DNA of 64,000 nt from a virus (IMGVR_UViG_2695421015_000001:1-64000), one strand, 5' to 3'. Counted from the stretch's first letter, positions 29,157 to 38,592 are shown. A program made the numbers and translations. The notes: a model not told the origin generated them from the sequence alone.

Positions 29157-29405
29157 ATGACGCTCGAAGATTATCTCAAAGAAAAATACCCGGACATGAA
29201 GCCGTACGCCGCCGACGCAGCCTTCGCCCGCAAGATCGAGACCTCGCGGCAGAACATCACGCGGTACCGGCTCTACGAACACTTCCCGACGCCGAAGATG
29301 ATCGCGCGCATCCGCACCGAGTCCAAGGGGCTCGTTGACGCCAACGACCACATGCCGCCGGAACTCCGGGCCGGCTATCGTGGCGCGAAGAAGGCGCGCG
29401 CATGA
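29157..29405 (+). CDS. Cro-like HTH regulator
   Basis: MTLEDYL...AFARKIETSRQNITRY...P...I...GLVDAND. Confidence 0.85.
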   Translation: MTLEDYLKEKYPDMKPYAADAAFARKIETSRQNITRYRLYEHFPTPKMIARIRTESKGLVDANDHMPPELRAGYRGAKKARA

Positions 29406-29413
29406 CGACGGTA

Positions 29414-29779
29414 TCAGAACACGTCGAGGTCTCTGAATACCTGGGCGGTGCAGCTGTTGATCAGCGTCACCGCCAGATTGATCCCGTGCACCAGCATGGC
29501 GGTCTTCAGCGAGAAGGAGAAGATTTCTCCGGTCTTGCTTTTCAGCGAAACGAGCACCTCGTCGGCACCCACATATTCGCAGCTTGTTGGCTGCAGCTCG
29601 CCGAGATGTTCCGCGACCGGAACTTGTTCTTGTTGTTCTCCGCCGAGATTGCACGACCGATCCGCCGAGAGGTCCGTCACTTCGGCGCACGCAGAACTCG
29701 CACTCATACCAGCTTTTCCTTGGATAAGTTCCTGCGCCACGTTCGCAGATCGCGGCGGTCGCAGGCAAGGTTTTTTCAC
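29414..29779 (-). CDS. hypothetical protein (uncertain; antisense to the operon)
   Basis: 121-aa ORF; a competing plus-strand ORF spans 29402-29947. Confidence 0.3.
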   Translation of the reverse strand: MKKPCLRPPRSANVAQELIQGKAGMSASSACAEVTDLSADRSCNLGGEQQEQVPVAEHLGELQPTSCEYVGADEVLVSLKSKTGEIFSFSLKTAMLVHGINLAVTLINSCTAQVFRDLDVF

Positions 29780-29934
29780 GGCAAATTTTACTCATCAATC
29801 CAGTCTTTCGGGAACTGTGTCCACAATGCAGCACTCGGCTTCTTGTGCTGCATTGTGAGCGTTTGTTTCCAATCACGTCAAACCCCCGGTGCGCTTTGTA
29901 GCGGCAGTAGCGCGCCTCCGTTCCAGGAGAAATC

Positions 29935-30360
29935 ATGCCCTACCTAAACATGACGTTGCATCTTTCGGAAAGAACTACCTCGTCGCTGACCTCTGACAAT
30001 TCTTCGGAGAGGGCAGCGGCGCTGGCGAAGCGTTGCTCACAGCCGTGTCCCCCAGGCGATCAGGTGAAAGCGGCCATCGGCCGCGCCGCCGACAGGACCG
30101 GTCTCCCCATCAGCAGAACTCGAGATATTTGGTATGGCGATGCACGACGGATCGAAGCATGGGAAATGGAACGGCTTGTTGCAGCCGCAGACGCTGCTGA
30201 GGTGGATACTGCTGTGGCAGGCATTGAGGCAGCTCGTCGGTGCCTGCAGGCGCTGCCTTCTTCGCTTTCTTGTGAGGCGATTGCTTCGCTTGATCGAACG
30301 ATCAGCATCCTTGGTCGCGGTCCTGACGCGCCGCGCCGACGCAATACCGACAGATTGTGA
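29935..30360 (+). CDS. CII-position hypothetical regulator
   Basis: RBS AGGAGA; KAAIGRAADRTGL..SRTRDIWYGDARRIEAWEM. Confidence 0.7.
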   Translation: MPYLNMTLHLSERTTSSLTSDNSSERAAALAKRCSQPCPPGDQVKAAIGRAADRTGLPISRTRDIWYGDARRIEAWEMERLVAAADAAEVDTAVAGIEAARRCLQALPSSLSCEAIASLDRTISILGRGPDAPRRRNTDRL

Positions 30361-30369
30361 TCGCTAGCC

Positions 30370-30870
30370 GTGACGGTCGTGTGGGATGACGAGATGCTCG
30401 CGTTTGTCCGCAAGCGCGCGGACGAGAAGGCAACCGCGCGCGAGATCGCCAACGATCTCTGTGCGCTGGGCCATGCAGTCACGCGCAACGCCGTGATCGG
30501 CAAGTGCCATCGCGCCGAGATCGAACTCAAAACGGAAAGCGGCGGACAGCGCTTGAACCGGGGCACTTCCAGCCCCGCGCGGAAGTGCGCGCCTCGCAGG
30601 CGCAGACCGAGACCCGTCCTCGTCGCCGACGGGTCGATCGCCGCGCGCTTTGTTGAAACCAAATCCGAAAACCCAATCGCAATTACTGAACTCAAGGAAA
30701 GCACTTGCCGCTGGCCGATGGGAGGTTTCGCAGACCGCCCACCGTACCTGTACTGCGGCGACCCGGTGATGTCGGAGGGCTGCGCTTATTGCGCGGGGCA
30801 CTTCGGCCTCTCGATCCGGAACAAGGAGACCAACGATGTCGCAACAAAACGGACCGACGCCGCAGCGTAG
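30370..30870 (+). CDS. gcrA: GcrA-family cell-cycle regulator homologue
   Basis: W.DE...TAREIA..L..VTRNAVIGK.HR and L..STCRWP.G...YCG...YC..H. Confidence 0.88.
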   Translation: MTVVWDDEMLAFVRKRADEKATAREIANDLCALGHAVTRNAVIGKCHRAEIELKTESGGQRLNRGTSSPARKCAPRRRRPRPVLVADGSIAARFVETKSENPIAITELKESTCRWPMGGFADRPPYLYCGDPVMSEGCAYCAGHFGLSIRNKETNDVATKRTDAAA

Positions 30871-31072
30871 AAGCATCTGGAGCCGCATTGCCGGCTGCAT
30901 CAGCTGGGACGTTGCTGCAGCCCTGTTTGGCGCCTGCATGGCCTACGAGCTTGGGCACGCGCAGGGCTTCAAGGAAGGCGTGGCGCAGATGTGGGGAGCC
31001 GAGATGGCCATCCTGCATATGCTCGTCGACAAGAACCACAACGACGATGACGCAGTCACGAGTGATCTGTGA
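30836..31072 (+). CDS. small membrane protein
   Basis: RBS AAGGAGACC; one hydrophobic segment. Confidence 0.6.
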   Translation: MSQQNGPTPQRRSIWSRIAGCISWDVAAALFGACMAYELGHAQGFKEGVAQMWGAEMAILHMLVDKNHNDDDAVTSDL

Positions 31073-31578
31073 TGACGAAACCCAGCGTGATCACGTTCGA
31101 TCCGGCAACGGCATGCGGCTGCGCGGTCGGCCCCATCGGCGGCAAGCCCGATCTTAGAAGCATAAAGCTTGATCGTCACGGTGACCGCCCCATCGACGTT
31201 TTCGGTCAGGCGGCGAGCTTGGTGCATGGGCTGATCGCCGAGCATGACCCGGTGCTGATCGCGGTCGAGGAGCCGTTCTACAAGAACGGCGAGTCGAGAT
31301 ACGAGACCACGGTGCTGTTGCACGGTCTTTACGGCGCCATCACCGGCGCTGCTCGTTGCCGCAACATCACGGTTTGGTCGGTCGCAGTGTCGACCTGGCG
31401 GGCCAAGGCGCTCGGCACGTCCAAGTTCGGTTCTCGCAACAACGCCAAGAAGGCGATGATGACGCTCTGCGCTCAGCTTGGCTGGCCTGCGGTCGACGAC
31501 AACGCCGCTGACGCTGGCGGCATCTGGATGTGGGCGACAGCGAAGTACGCGCCCTTCGGCGTGCTGCCGGTCGCGTGA
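31069..31578 (+). CDS. RuvC-like Holliday-junction resolvase
   Basis: VITFDPAT.CG, IAVEEP, K.AM, DDNAADA. Confidence 0.8.
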   Translation: MMTKPSVITFDPATACGCAVGPIGGKPDLRSIKLDRHGDRPIDVFGQAASLVHGLIAEHDPVLIAVEEPFYKNGESRYETTVLLHGLYGAITGAARCRNITVWSVAVSTWRAKALGTSKFGSRNNAKKAMMTLCAQLGWPAVDDNAADAGGIWMWATAKYAPFGVLPVA

Positions 31579-31586
31579 GGTCACAA

Positions 31587-31850
31587 ATGGCAAACGACAC
31601 AAGCCGCGCCACGGACAAGACGCCCATCACCACCCACGCGATGTGGCAGGTGGCCTACGACGATTTCGTCCACGCCGACATCATGGCGAGGGCGGCGCGA
31701 GAAGATCCGAACGCCTCGCGCGACGTGGTCGCGCGGTGGGAGCGGGTGCGCCGCATCCGCATGGCGACGGCAAATGCGCTTGAGTTTCTGATCACCAACG
31801 AGAGCGATATCGACGCCGTTATCGCCGGACGGAAGAAGCGAGGGGGATGA
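31587..31850 (+). CDS. hypothetical phage protein
   Basis: RBS GAGG, operon context. Confidence 0.6.
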   Translation: MANDTSRATDKTPITTHAMWQVAYDDFVHADIMARAAREDPNASRDVVARWERVRRIRMATANALEFLITNESDIDAVIAGRKKRGG

Positions 31851-32191
31851 TGAGAACAAACACTCCGATCCATACCGACGGCGATGGCCGGTGGTGCATC
31901 TCGTCCCCGGCGGGGCGCGAGATCGCGGTGGGGCACGCCTTCGATGAAAACCGTGGTTACCGGGTGACCTTAAAGTTCTCGGACTCGGCTGGCTGGAACT
32001 CGCTTTCGGTGGAGGCGGCAAGGGTGGTGGTGGCGGACATGCGCGGACAGAACGTCCGCAACAGAGACGCCATCGTTCTCGCTGCCGACATCGAGCGGTG
32101 GGCCAATCACTGCGAGAGACTGAATGCGGGCTGGCTGTTCATGGGTAGTCCGGCCGGCGGCTTCGACGCTCTGGCGCACGGCAGCGCCTGA
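31847..32191 (+). CDS. hypothetical phage protein
   Basis: ATGA coupling to the upstream gene. Confidence 0.6.
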   Translation: MMRTNTPIHTDGDGRWCISSPAGREIAVGHAFDENRGYRVTLKFSDSAGWNSLSVEAARVVVADMRGQNVRNRDAIVLAADIERWANHCERLNAGWLFMGSPAGGFDALAHGSA

Positions 32192-32206
32192 GCTTCAACC
32201 ATTGGG

Positions 32207-32404
32207 GTGGGCATGGGGACTGAAGCGAATGCGCCGGCGGCGCGCAAATCAAACGCGACCTTGAAGGTCAGGCTCGGGGCAGGCGTCTCGATTGATCTTC
32301 GGGCGGAGGCCAAGCGGCGCGGTGTTGAGTACGACGAGTTCGCAGCAGAGATCATCGATGCTGTCGTTAATAACAAGCTCTATGCAGCTGTACTGGATCA
32401 ATAA
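32207..32404 (+). CDS. small hypothetical protein
   Basis: TAATG overlap with the primase-helicase start. Confidence 0.55.
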   Translation: MGMGTEANAPAARKSNATLKVRLGAGVSIDLRAEAKRRGVEYDEFAAEIIDAVVNNKLYAAVLDQ

Positions 32405-34743
32405 TGGAAGATTGGGGTCGATATATCGAGGCGGTGGCCGACGCTCTGCTCGGCAAGCCGACGTCACGCAAAAGCGGAGAGCTGCGCTACGGCAAGCGGG
32501 GCTCACTCAAGGTCAACATCGAGACCGGGTTCTGGGATGATTTCGAGGCCGGCGACGGCGGCGGAACACTTGCGCTCATCAAGCGCGAGAAGGGGATGGA
32601 AGGCAAAGAGGCGATCGACTGGATGCGCGATACACTGGGGCTTGATATCGAGGATCGTCGTCCGCAGCAGCAGGGGCGCGCATCGAGCGCGCAGTCCGAA
32701 CGCGAGCCGGATCGCAGGCCCGATCCCAAGCCGGCAGCGCCCAAAGCGAAGCCTAAGCTGGTCAAGACCTACGACTACACGGCCGAGAGCGGCGAGTTGT
32801 TGTTCCAGGTCTGCCGCATGGAGCCGAAGAACTTCCTGCAGCGCCGCCCGGCACGCCCCGACGACGATCCGTCCGACGTCAGGGGCGAATGGGTGTGGAA
32901 GCGCGACGGCATCACGCAGGTGCCGTATCGGCTGACCGAGTTGATCGAGGCCGTCGCGGACGAGCGCACGATCTTCGTTGTCGAGGGCGAGAAGGACGTC
33001 GACAATCTGGCCGATCTGGGCGTTCCCGCCACCTGTAATGCGGGCGGCGCCGGCAAGTGGCCGGATGAACTGACGCCGTACTTCAAGGATGCGGACGTCG
33101 TCATCATTCGCGACAACGACCCGCAGGCCAAGAACCCTCAGACCGGCGAGTTGCGCTGGCATCCCGACGGTCGCCCGGTATTGCCGGGGCAGGATCACGG
33201 CATGATGGTTGCGGGCAAGCTGCGCGGCACCGCCAAGCGCGTTCGCATCCTCGATCTGCCGAACTTGCCGCTGAAGGGCGACACGACCGACTGGCTCGAG
33301 GCCGGCGGAACGTCGAGCGAGCTTTACCAGCTGGTCGGTTCGATCGCGAAGCTGTACGAGCCCAAGCCCTTTGTCTCCAAATTTGGAGCCGTTATGTGGG
33401 GCGCGCCGCGCGCCACGCGCACGCCCTACCAGTATGTGATCAAGGGGCTGATCCCGCGCAAAGAGACGGTGCTGATCTACGGGGCCAGTCAGTCCGGCAA
33501 GAGCTTCTTCACCCAGGACCTCGCGATGGCGGTGGCGCGCGGAGGGGACTATCTCGGCCGCAAGGTGCGGCGCGGTCTGGTCGTCTACTGTGCCGCCGAG
33601 GCCGGCGCCGGCTTCGTCTATAATCGCTTCGCCGGCTACGCCGCGGGCAAAGGCATCTCCGAGGACGAATACCTTCCGTTCATCTGTCTCACCAAAAAGT
33701 TCGACCTGTTCGGCAATGAGCAGCAGGTCATTGAACTGATCGCCGAGATCAAGGTGCTGGTGGCGAACTGGAACGAGATGTTCCCCGACGACCAGCTCGA
33801 ACTCGAAGCCGTGGTGATCGACACGTTAAACAAGACCACGCCGGGCATGGACGAGATCAACGGCAAGGAAGTCGGCCTTGTGATGTCGCGGCTCGATCGT
33901 ATCCGCGAGGAGTGCGATTGCGGGCTCTGGCTTGTCCACCACATGAACGCCGGCGGCACGGGTCCACGCGGTCATACCTCGCTGTATGCGGCGTTCGAGA
34001 CCGCCATCAAGATCGGGCGCTACGATCACACTGCCAAGGACGCGCCGGCCAAAATCGCGGATGGCAACAAGCTGCGCGATCGCCGCTTCACCCAGATCAC
34101 CAAGCAGCGCGAAGGCGAGGACGGCGAGATCACGGACTTCTTCCTGCGCGGCGTCATCGCCGGGTACGACGAGGACAACGCCCCGATCCCGGGGGCGGTC
34201 GTCGAATGGATCGATGCTGATCCAGCGGCCAGGGTCAAGCAGGCCGAAGAAGAGGCTGGCATCAACATGACCGACCAGAACCGCAACACCTATCGCGCGC
34301 TGCGTCGCGCGCTTGAGGAGTTCGGTGTCGCGCCGCCGCCACGGCTTGGTCTGCCGAAGTCTGTCGACCGTGTCGTCGAGGCCCAGCGCTGGAGCCAGAT
34401 CTATCGGGAGAATTTTGCGGCGGATGCATCGGATGACGCTGTCAGGAAGGCGATCCAGCGCGGCAACAATTTCATGATCGATAAAGGCATCATGGCGCGC
34501 TCCAATCCCTTTGTCTGGATCACCGGGAAGAGAATCCGGGGTGTGCCGAAGCGGCCCGATCCGGTCGATCGCGAGGAGGAGGCCACCCCTCCCAGTGAGG
34601 AGAGCAGCCGCGTCTCGACATACTTCGATCAGGGCGAGCCGGAGTTCGGTGACGATGCGGAGATGGGTGACATGCCCGTCGTCGACGGACCCGCGATGCA
34701 GCCCCCGTTCGATGCGACACAGATTGGAGGGCCTGCCGAATGA
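32404..34743 (+). CDS. bifunctional primase-helicase (TOPRIM + RepA-like AAA)
   Basis: IFVVEGEKD, IIRDND, KGDTTDW; Walker A GASQSGKS; VVIDTL, LVHH, RGHTSL. Confidence 0.93.
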   Translation: MEDWGRYIEAVADALLGKPTSRKSGELRYGKRGSLKVNIETGFWDDFEAGDGGGTLALIKREKGMEGKEAIDWMRDTLGLDIEDRRPQQQGRASSAQSEREPDRRPDPKPAAPKAKPKLVKTYDYTAESGELLFQVCRMEPKNFLQRRPARPDDDPSDVRGEWVWKRDGITQVPYRLTELIEAVADERTIFVVEGEKDVDNLADLGVPATCNAGGAGKWPDELTPYFKDADVVIIRDNDPQAKNPQTGELRWHPDGRPVLPGQDHGMMVAGKLRGTAKRVRILDLPNLPLKGDTTDWLEAGGTSSELYQLVGSIAKLYEPKPFVSKFGAVMWGAPRATRTPYQYVIKGLIPRKETVLIYGASQSGKSFFTQDLAMAVARGGDYLGRKVRRGLVVYCAAEAGAGFVYNRFAGYAAGKGISEDEYLPFICLTKKFDLFGNEQQVIELIAEIKVLVANWNEMFPDDQLELEAVVIDTLNKTTPGMDEINGKEVGLVMSRLDRIREECDCGLWLVHHMNAGGTGPRGHTSLYAAFETAIKIGRYDHTAKDAPAKIADGNKLRDRRFTQITKQREGEDGEITDFFLRGVIAGYDEDNAPIPGAVVEWIDADPAARVKQAEEEAGINMTDQNRNTYRALRRALEEFGVAPPPRLGLPKSVDRVVEAQRWSQIYRENFAADASDDAVRKAIQRGNNFMIDKGIMARSNPFVWITGKRIRGVPKRPDPVDREEEATPPSEESSRVSTYFDQGEPEFGDDAEMGDMPVVDGPAMQPPFDATQIGGPAE

Positions 34744-35249
34744 AGAACCAAGATCACATACCGCAGCAAACCATCGTCGACCCGGCAAAGGTCCGTCCCC
34801 GGCAGGGGGCGGCACACGGGGAGGCCGTGTGGCACCACGAGATGGTCGGCGGTCGCCTCGTCGAGGCCGCAGCCACCGTGCGGCGCATGCCGATGCGGAT
34901 TTGGCCGAAGCAGTTCGGCACCGCGTGGCCGCACTTCGAGGCGATGACGGCCGGCGAATTGCAGGCGCTCAAGAACGAGCTTCAGCAGGCCGGTCAGCTT
35001 GAGGCATGGGAGCGCGAGCAGAACCGCATTCGCATCCCGCCGTCGGGGGCGGAGATCGAGCGCTGCGAGCAGGCCCTCGGCTGGATACCTCGTTATCTGT
35101 CCCACGACACCGAAACCGCGCAGGCCGTCGGCTTCTGGGCCAGCAAGACGTTCGACTTCAACGAGGATCAGATCCCCGGCTTCGTTCGCAGCGGGTTGCG
35201 GGAAATCTCGCGCGGCCTGCGCCGCGATCGCGTGCCGGTGAGAGCATGA
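34740..35249 (+). CDS. DUF6362-like phage protein
   Basis: RLVEAAATVRRMP...AWP...PPSGAEIERCEQALGW, directly after the replication gene. Confidence 0.6.
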   Translation: MKNQDHIPQQTIVDPAKVRPRQGAAHGEAVWHHEMVGGRLVEAAATVRRMPMRIWPKQFGTAWPHFEAMTAGELQALKNELQQAGQLEAWEREQNRIRIPPSGAEIERCEQALGWIPRYLSHDTETAQAVGFWASKTFDFNEDQIPGFVRSGLREISRGLRRDRVPVRA

Positions 35250-35330
35250 TTGAACCCCCGCAGGAGTCCTAGACCAACCACCCAAGAGGCGTTCGCAGCG
35301 TCTCTTCCAACATAACCAAGGAGACCAAAC

Positions 35331-35480
35331 GTGATCAGAGAATTTATTATTGGCGTGTCGATGATCGACATCCATCGCCGGCTTCGTCGCGAGGGCATGA
35401 AGCTCATTCGCCTGGAGCCGCGCACGCTGCCGCAGGGCGGCGGCATCGAGGCCTACGTCGCGCTCTACGTCAAGGCGTGA
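35331..35480 (+). CDS. 49-aa hypothetical protein (below ORF-track cutoff)
   Basis: GTG start after a plus-strand TTCGCAG hairpin (35284-35306) and AAGGAGACC. Confidence 0.65.
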   Translation: MIREFIIGVSMIDIHRRLRREGMKLIRLEPRTLPQGGGIEAYVALYVKA

Positions 35481-35491
35481 GGTGGTCAAAA

Positions 35492-35701
35492 ATGGCACCC
35501 CCACTCAAGACCCATTGCAAGCGCGGGCATCCCTTCACGGCCACCAATACGAAGCTGAATAAACTGTCGTCGGGATACACGGTGCGCCAATGCAAGCGCT
35601 GCCGTAGCGAGTTCGAGAAGCTGCGGTATCACAACAATCCGAAGCGGCAGGCGGCGGTGCGCGCCCGCAGGAACGTGAGCTACTACGAGGCCCGCCCATG
35701 A
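35492..35701 (+). CDS. small Cys/His zinc-binding protein
   Basis: KTHCKRGHPFTATNT...RQCKRC. Confidence 0.7.
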   Translation: MAPPLKTHCKRGHPFTATNTKLNKLSSGYTVRQCKRCRSEFEKLRYHNNPKRQAAVRARRNVSYYEARP

Positions 35702-36381
35702 CGCCGGTCCGCACGCTCACGGTGATCGAGGGGCGACCGCAGAGGTCGTTCGCCAAGCAGTGCCACAAATGCAGCTACAGGGCGGCGGTGCCCGTCAACA
35801 CAATGAAGCGACCCGGCGCCGAGAGCGCCGAGAGACAGATCATCACTCGCAAGTTCGAGGCGCTCGGCTGGGAGATCGGCAAGAAGGACATCTGCCCGAG
35901 CTGCGTCCGCAACGCGAACCACCCACAAAAGAAGGAAACTGAAGTGCAGAACCAGCAGGTCAAGCCAGAGGTGGCGGTAGCGTCGCAAGAACCGCGCCAG
36001 CCCACCCGCGACGAGCGTCGCATCATCTTTGACAAGCTGAACAACGTCTATGTCGACGAGCGCACCGGCTACAGCCCGGGGTGGACCGACAAGAAGGTGT
36101 CGGTTGATCTCGGTGTGCCGCAAGCGTGGGTCGAGAAAATCCGCGACGAGAATTTCGGGTCCATCGGCTCCAACTCGGCGATCGACGAAGCCGTCGCGCG
36201 CGGGCAGAGGTTTCTGGATCAGGCGGTCGAGATGTTGAAGATCTTCGATCAGAAGCTGGTTGCGCGAGACAAGCTGGATCTGGAAATCCGCGAGCTGTGC
36301 AAGCCGATCGAAAGTCTCCGTGAGGAGCGCTCGAAGCTGGACAGCATGATCCGCGATCTGGCGAAGGCGGTGCGCCCATGA
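35698..36381 (+). CDS. hypothetical phage protein
   Basis: CHKC/CPSC zinc ribbon; GWTDKKVS..LGVPQAWV..IR...FG; coiled-coil tail. Confidence 0.75.
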   Translation: MTPVRTLTVIEGRPQRSFAKQCHKCSYRAAVPVNTMKRPGAESAERQIITRKFEALGWEIGKKDICPSCVRNANHPQKKETEVQNQQVKPEVAVASQEPRQPTRDERRIIFDKLNNVYVDERTGYSPGWTDKKVSVDLGVPQAWVEKIRDENFGSIGSNSAIDEAVARGQRFLDQAVEMLKIFDQKLVARDKLDLEIRELCKPIESLREERSKLDSMIRDLAKAVRP

Positions 36382-36824
36382 TGACCTTGATCAGATTTGT
36401 CCCGCTGTTGTTTGTTCTGGCGGTGGCGCCGATCTCGAGCGCGCAGGCGCGGGGGCATCACCACTATCGGCACCATCATCGTGCCCTGCGCAGGCGCGCG
36501 GTGACGGAAGGGGCTGTCGTCGTCGGCACACGCCCGACCGGCTGTCCGCACGCCTTCTGCGGCTGCGAGGCGAGCCTGTTCCTGTTCCACAAGATCGTCC
36601 CGGCATTGAACCTGGCCTACAACTGGCTGCGCAAATTCCCTCGCGCTGAGCCGGCGCCTTATCGGGCTGCAGCCAGGTCCGGTCATGTGTTCGTGCTGCT
36701 GCGCCATGTGGTCGGCGATCTGTGGTTCGTCCACGACGGCAACTCCGGCCATCACCTGATCCGCGAGCATGTTCGCTCGATCCGCGGCTTTGTGATCGTC
36801 GACCCCAGCGGGAACCCGTCATGA
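36378..36824 (+). CDS. secreted CHAP-like cysteine hydrolase candidate
   Basis: Signal peptide, His-rich linker, FCGC...A.NW...GHV...HDGN. Confidence 0.55.
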   Translation: MMTLIRFVPLLFVLAVAPISSAQARGHHHYRHHHRALRRRAVTEGAVVVGTRPTGCPHAFCGCEASLFLFHKIVPALNLAYNWLRKFPRAEPAPYRAAARSGHVFVLLRHVVGDLWFVHDGNSGHHLIREHVRSIRGFVIVDPSGNPS

Positions 36825-37030
36825 TGGCGATGCAGCAGATCGCGAAGCTGAACCGGGGCGAGCAAGTGTTGACCTACCAGCTCGTACCGATCGCGCCACG
36901 CAAGCCCGTCGTCGGCGAGCTTCGCTACATCGTGCCGCTCGTCCCCAATCCTGCCGAGCCGCTGGCGCAAATGTTTCCGCTGCGCCCGCAACGGATCGCA
37001 TGGACCGGCAAGGAATGGGTGCTGGCATGA
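36821..37030 (+). CDS. hypothetical protein
   Basis: ATGA-coupled at both ends. Confidence 0.55.
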   Translation: MMAMQQIAKLNRGEQVLTYQLVPIAPRKPVVGELRYIVPLVPNPAEPLAQMFPLRPQRIAWTGKEWVLA

Positions 37031-37275
37031 ATTTCTGCAAGCGAGGCCACGCGCTGACGCCAGAGAACAGCCGGCAGGAAAAATCAAAAGAGTGCAGGGG
37101 CGGTTTCAGGATCAGGTGCAAGACCTGCATCCGGCTGAACTACCGGCGGAGGTATCGGGACGACGAGGATTTCCGCAAGCGAGCGCTCGCCTACTCGCGC
37201 TGGTTCAGCCGCGGCCACCCTGAAGGGAAGCAGTGGTCTGAGATCAAGGCGCAATATGCGGGAGATCCCGCATGA
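37027..37275 (+). CDS. small Cys/His zinc-binding protein
   Basis: FCKRGHALTPENS...RCKTC. Confidence 0.7.
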   Translation: MNFCKRGHALTPENSRQEKSKECRGGFRIRCKTCIRLNYRRRYRDDEDFRKRALAYSRWFSRGHPEGKQWSEIKAQYAGDPA

Positions 37276-37604
37276 CCGAGGCGCTGTCGCGCCGCGAGCG
37301 CTATTTCCTGTCGCTCCTCGCCCCCGACGGGGCGACGATTAGTGTCGGCCTTTCGGTCGGAGAGTCGTTGTACCTCAAGGGGCTTGTGACGCTGGCGAAG
37401 TGGAAAAGATACGGCATAACGGAAGCGGGGCGAGCGGCCCTAGCTGGCGTTGCCTATGCGGCAAACGGTGCGGGGCGGCCCAATGCCCCGCCCCGGAAAA
37501 CGCCCATGGGAACCCGCCCCAAGGGCAGGGGAACCGGGGGCGGAACCGGGCAGGGGAACCGGGGGCTAACCGGGCAGGGGCAGGGGCAATTGACCCTGAT
37601 TTGA
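37272..37604 (+). CDS. hypothetical protein; 3' half runs into the G-rich tract
   Basis: wHTH-like LYLKGLV..YGITEAGRAAL followed by low-complexity Gly/Gln. Confidence 0.6.
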   Translation: MTEALSRRERYFLSLLAPDGATISVGLSVGESLYLKGLVTLAKWKRYGITEAGRAALAGVAYAANGAGRPNAPPRKTPMGTRPKGRGTGGGTGQGNRGLTGQGQGQLTLI

Positions 37605-37806
37605 GGGCCATACGGCGGGGCAGAAACGGCCCTAGGAGCGGCGTTTAGGGGTAGGCGCCTAAGCCTATACCGAAAGGCCTAACCCTAGGCCTTTTGGCGG
37701 CCCTTTGGGCCTGATAGGGCCGAAACGGCCCTATTTGCCGGAGGTGCCTAAATACCGTTACCCGAGCAAAGGAAAAGCCCCCGGCAAGGGCCGAAACTGG
37801 ACCTTG
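37377..37806 (+). repeat. G-rich TC-free tract 1 (four GGGCAGGG plus shared hairpin)
   Basis: GGGCAGGG at 37523, 37548, 37572 and 37578; ATAGGGCCGAAACGGCCCTATT at 37714-37735. Confidence 0.8.
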
Positions 37807-37814
37807 TCGGGGGC
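37768..37814 (-). terminator. intrinsic terminator ending the leftward array
   Basis: Minus strand GCCCCCGACAAGG...CCTTGCCGGGGGC-TTTTCCTTT. Confidence 0.7.
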
Positions 37815-37823
37815 GGGTTGTTG

Positions 37824-38207
37824 CTATCGGAACAGAAGCGAAGCCGCTCGTTCCCATGGGTGACGATCGCGGACGATCTTGGCTTCCGTTTGCGCGCGGC
37901 CGTTGCCGCGCATTTGCATATCTCGGATCGTGACCCGGATCAGCGGCGGGCTTTCGCCGGCCGCTTCGTTGAGCCAAACGATCATGTGGCCATTGTTGAG
38001 TCGCTGGTAGACGGCTCTCGCATCAACATCCCAGCTGCTGCGCCCGTAGAAGCCAGGTCCATCGTACCCGCTCAGCCACCGATCCCAGTGATCTCTGTGG
38101 GTGTTGTAACCGCCTTTGGTGAGGCGATCCGACTCCGGCATCGTGGCCGGCAGGCGCCGCACGGCGAGCAGCATCTCGTGGATCGAATAAGAGCGTATCG
38201 CCATCAT
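37824..38207 (-). CDS. hypothetical phage protein
   Basis: HWDRWLSGYDGPGFYGR...ARAVYQRL...WLNEAAG. Confidence 0.7.
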   Translation of the reverse strand: MMAIRSYSIHEMLLAVRRLPATMPESDRLTKGGYNTHRDHWDRWLSGYDGPGFYGRSSWDVDARAVYQRLNNGHMIVWLNEAAGESPPLIRVTIRDMQMRGNGRAQTEAKIVRDRHPWERAASLLFR

Positions 38208-38470
38208 CGCACCACGCATTCTTCAATGACGTGCCACTCCTCGCCGCGCTCGCTCATCTTCTCCCAATAGCGGGAGACAAGCTCGTCGTCGGCGGGGCGG
38301 GTCTCGGCTCCGAACTCATGATCCCACCATTCGTCGCAGTGGTCATGGACCGCGCCGTCCGCGGCCGCCCGCGACGGGTGCGCGGTGACGGTGGTTCCAT
38401 GCTTGTGGTCGATCACCAGCACCCAAACTCTGGTGTTAGTTTTTTGCACCAATTCGGTGTCAGTAGTCAT
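38204..38470 (-). CDS. hypothetical phage protein
   Basis: RBS GGAGACC; VWVLVIDHKHG. Confidence 0.7.
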   Translation of the reverse strand: MTTDTELVQKTNTRVWVLVIDHKHGTTVTAHPSRAAADGAVHDHCDEWWDHEFGAETRPADDELVSRYWEKMSERGEEWHVIEECVVR

Positions 38471-38592
38471 AGATTTGGTCTCCGTGTTTGTGATAATGAG
38501 TCGCTGCTCCGATTGATGGACGCTGGGATGGTCTCCTTGCAGCCAACCTCTCGGGCACGAGGCGGGAGCTGCGAACTCCCGCCTCACCTTTT

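Noticed and set aside
30721-30740. GGT-TTCGCAG-ACC inside the GcrA gene; similar loop words near 35175, 39702 and 56020
   Set aside because: Inside coding sequence with at most a 3-bp perfect stem and no adjacent RBS; treated as chance matches and not counted.
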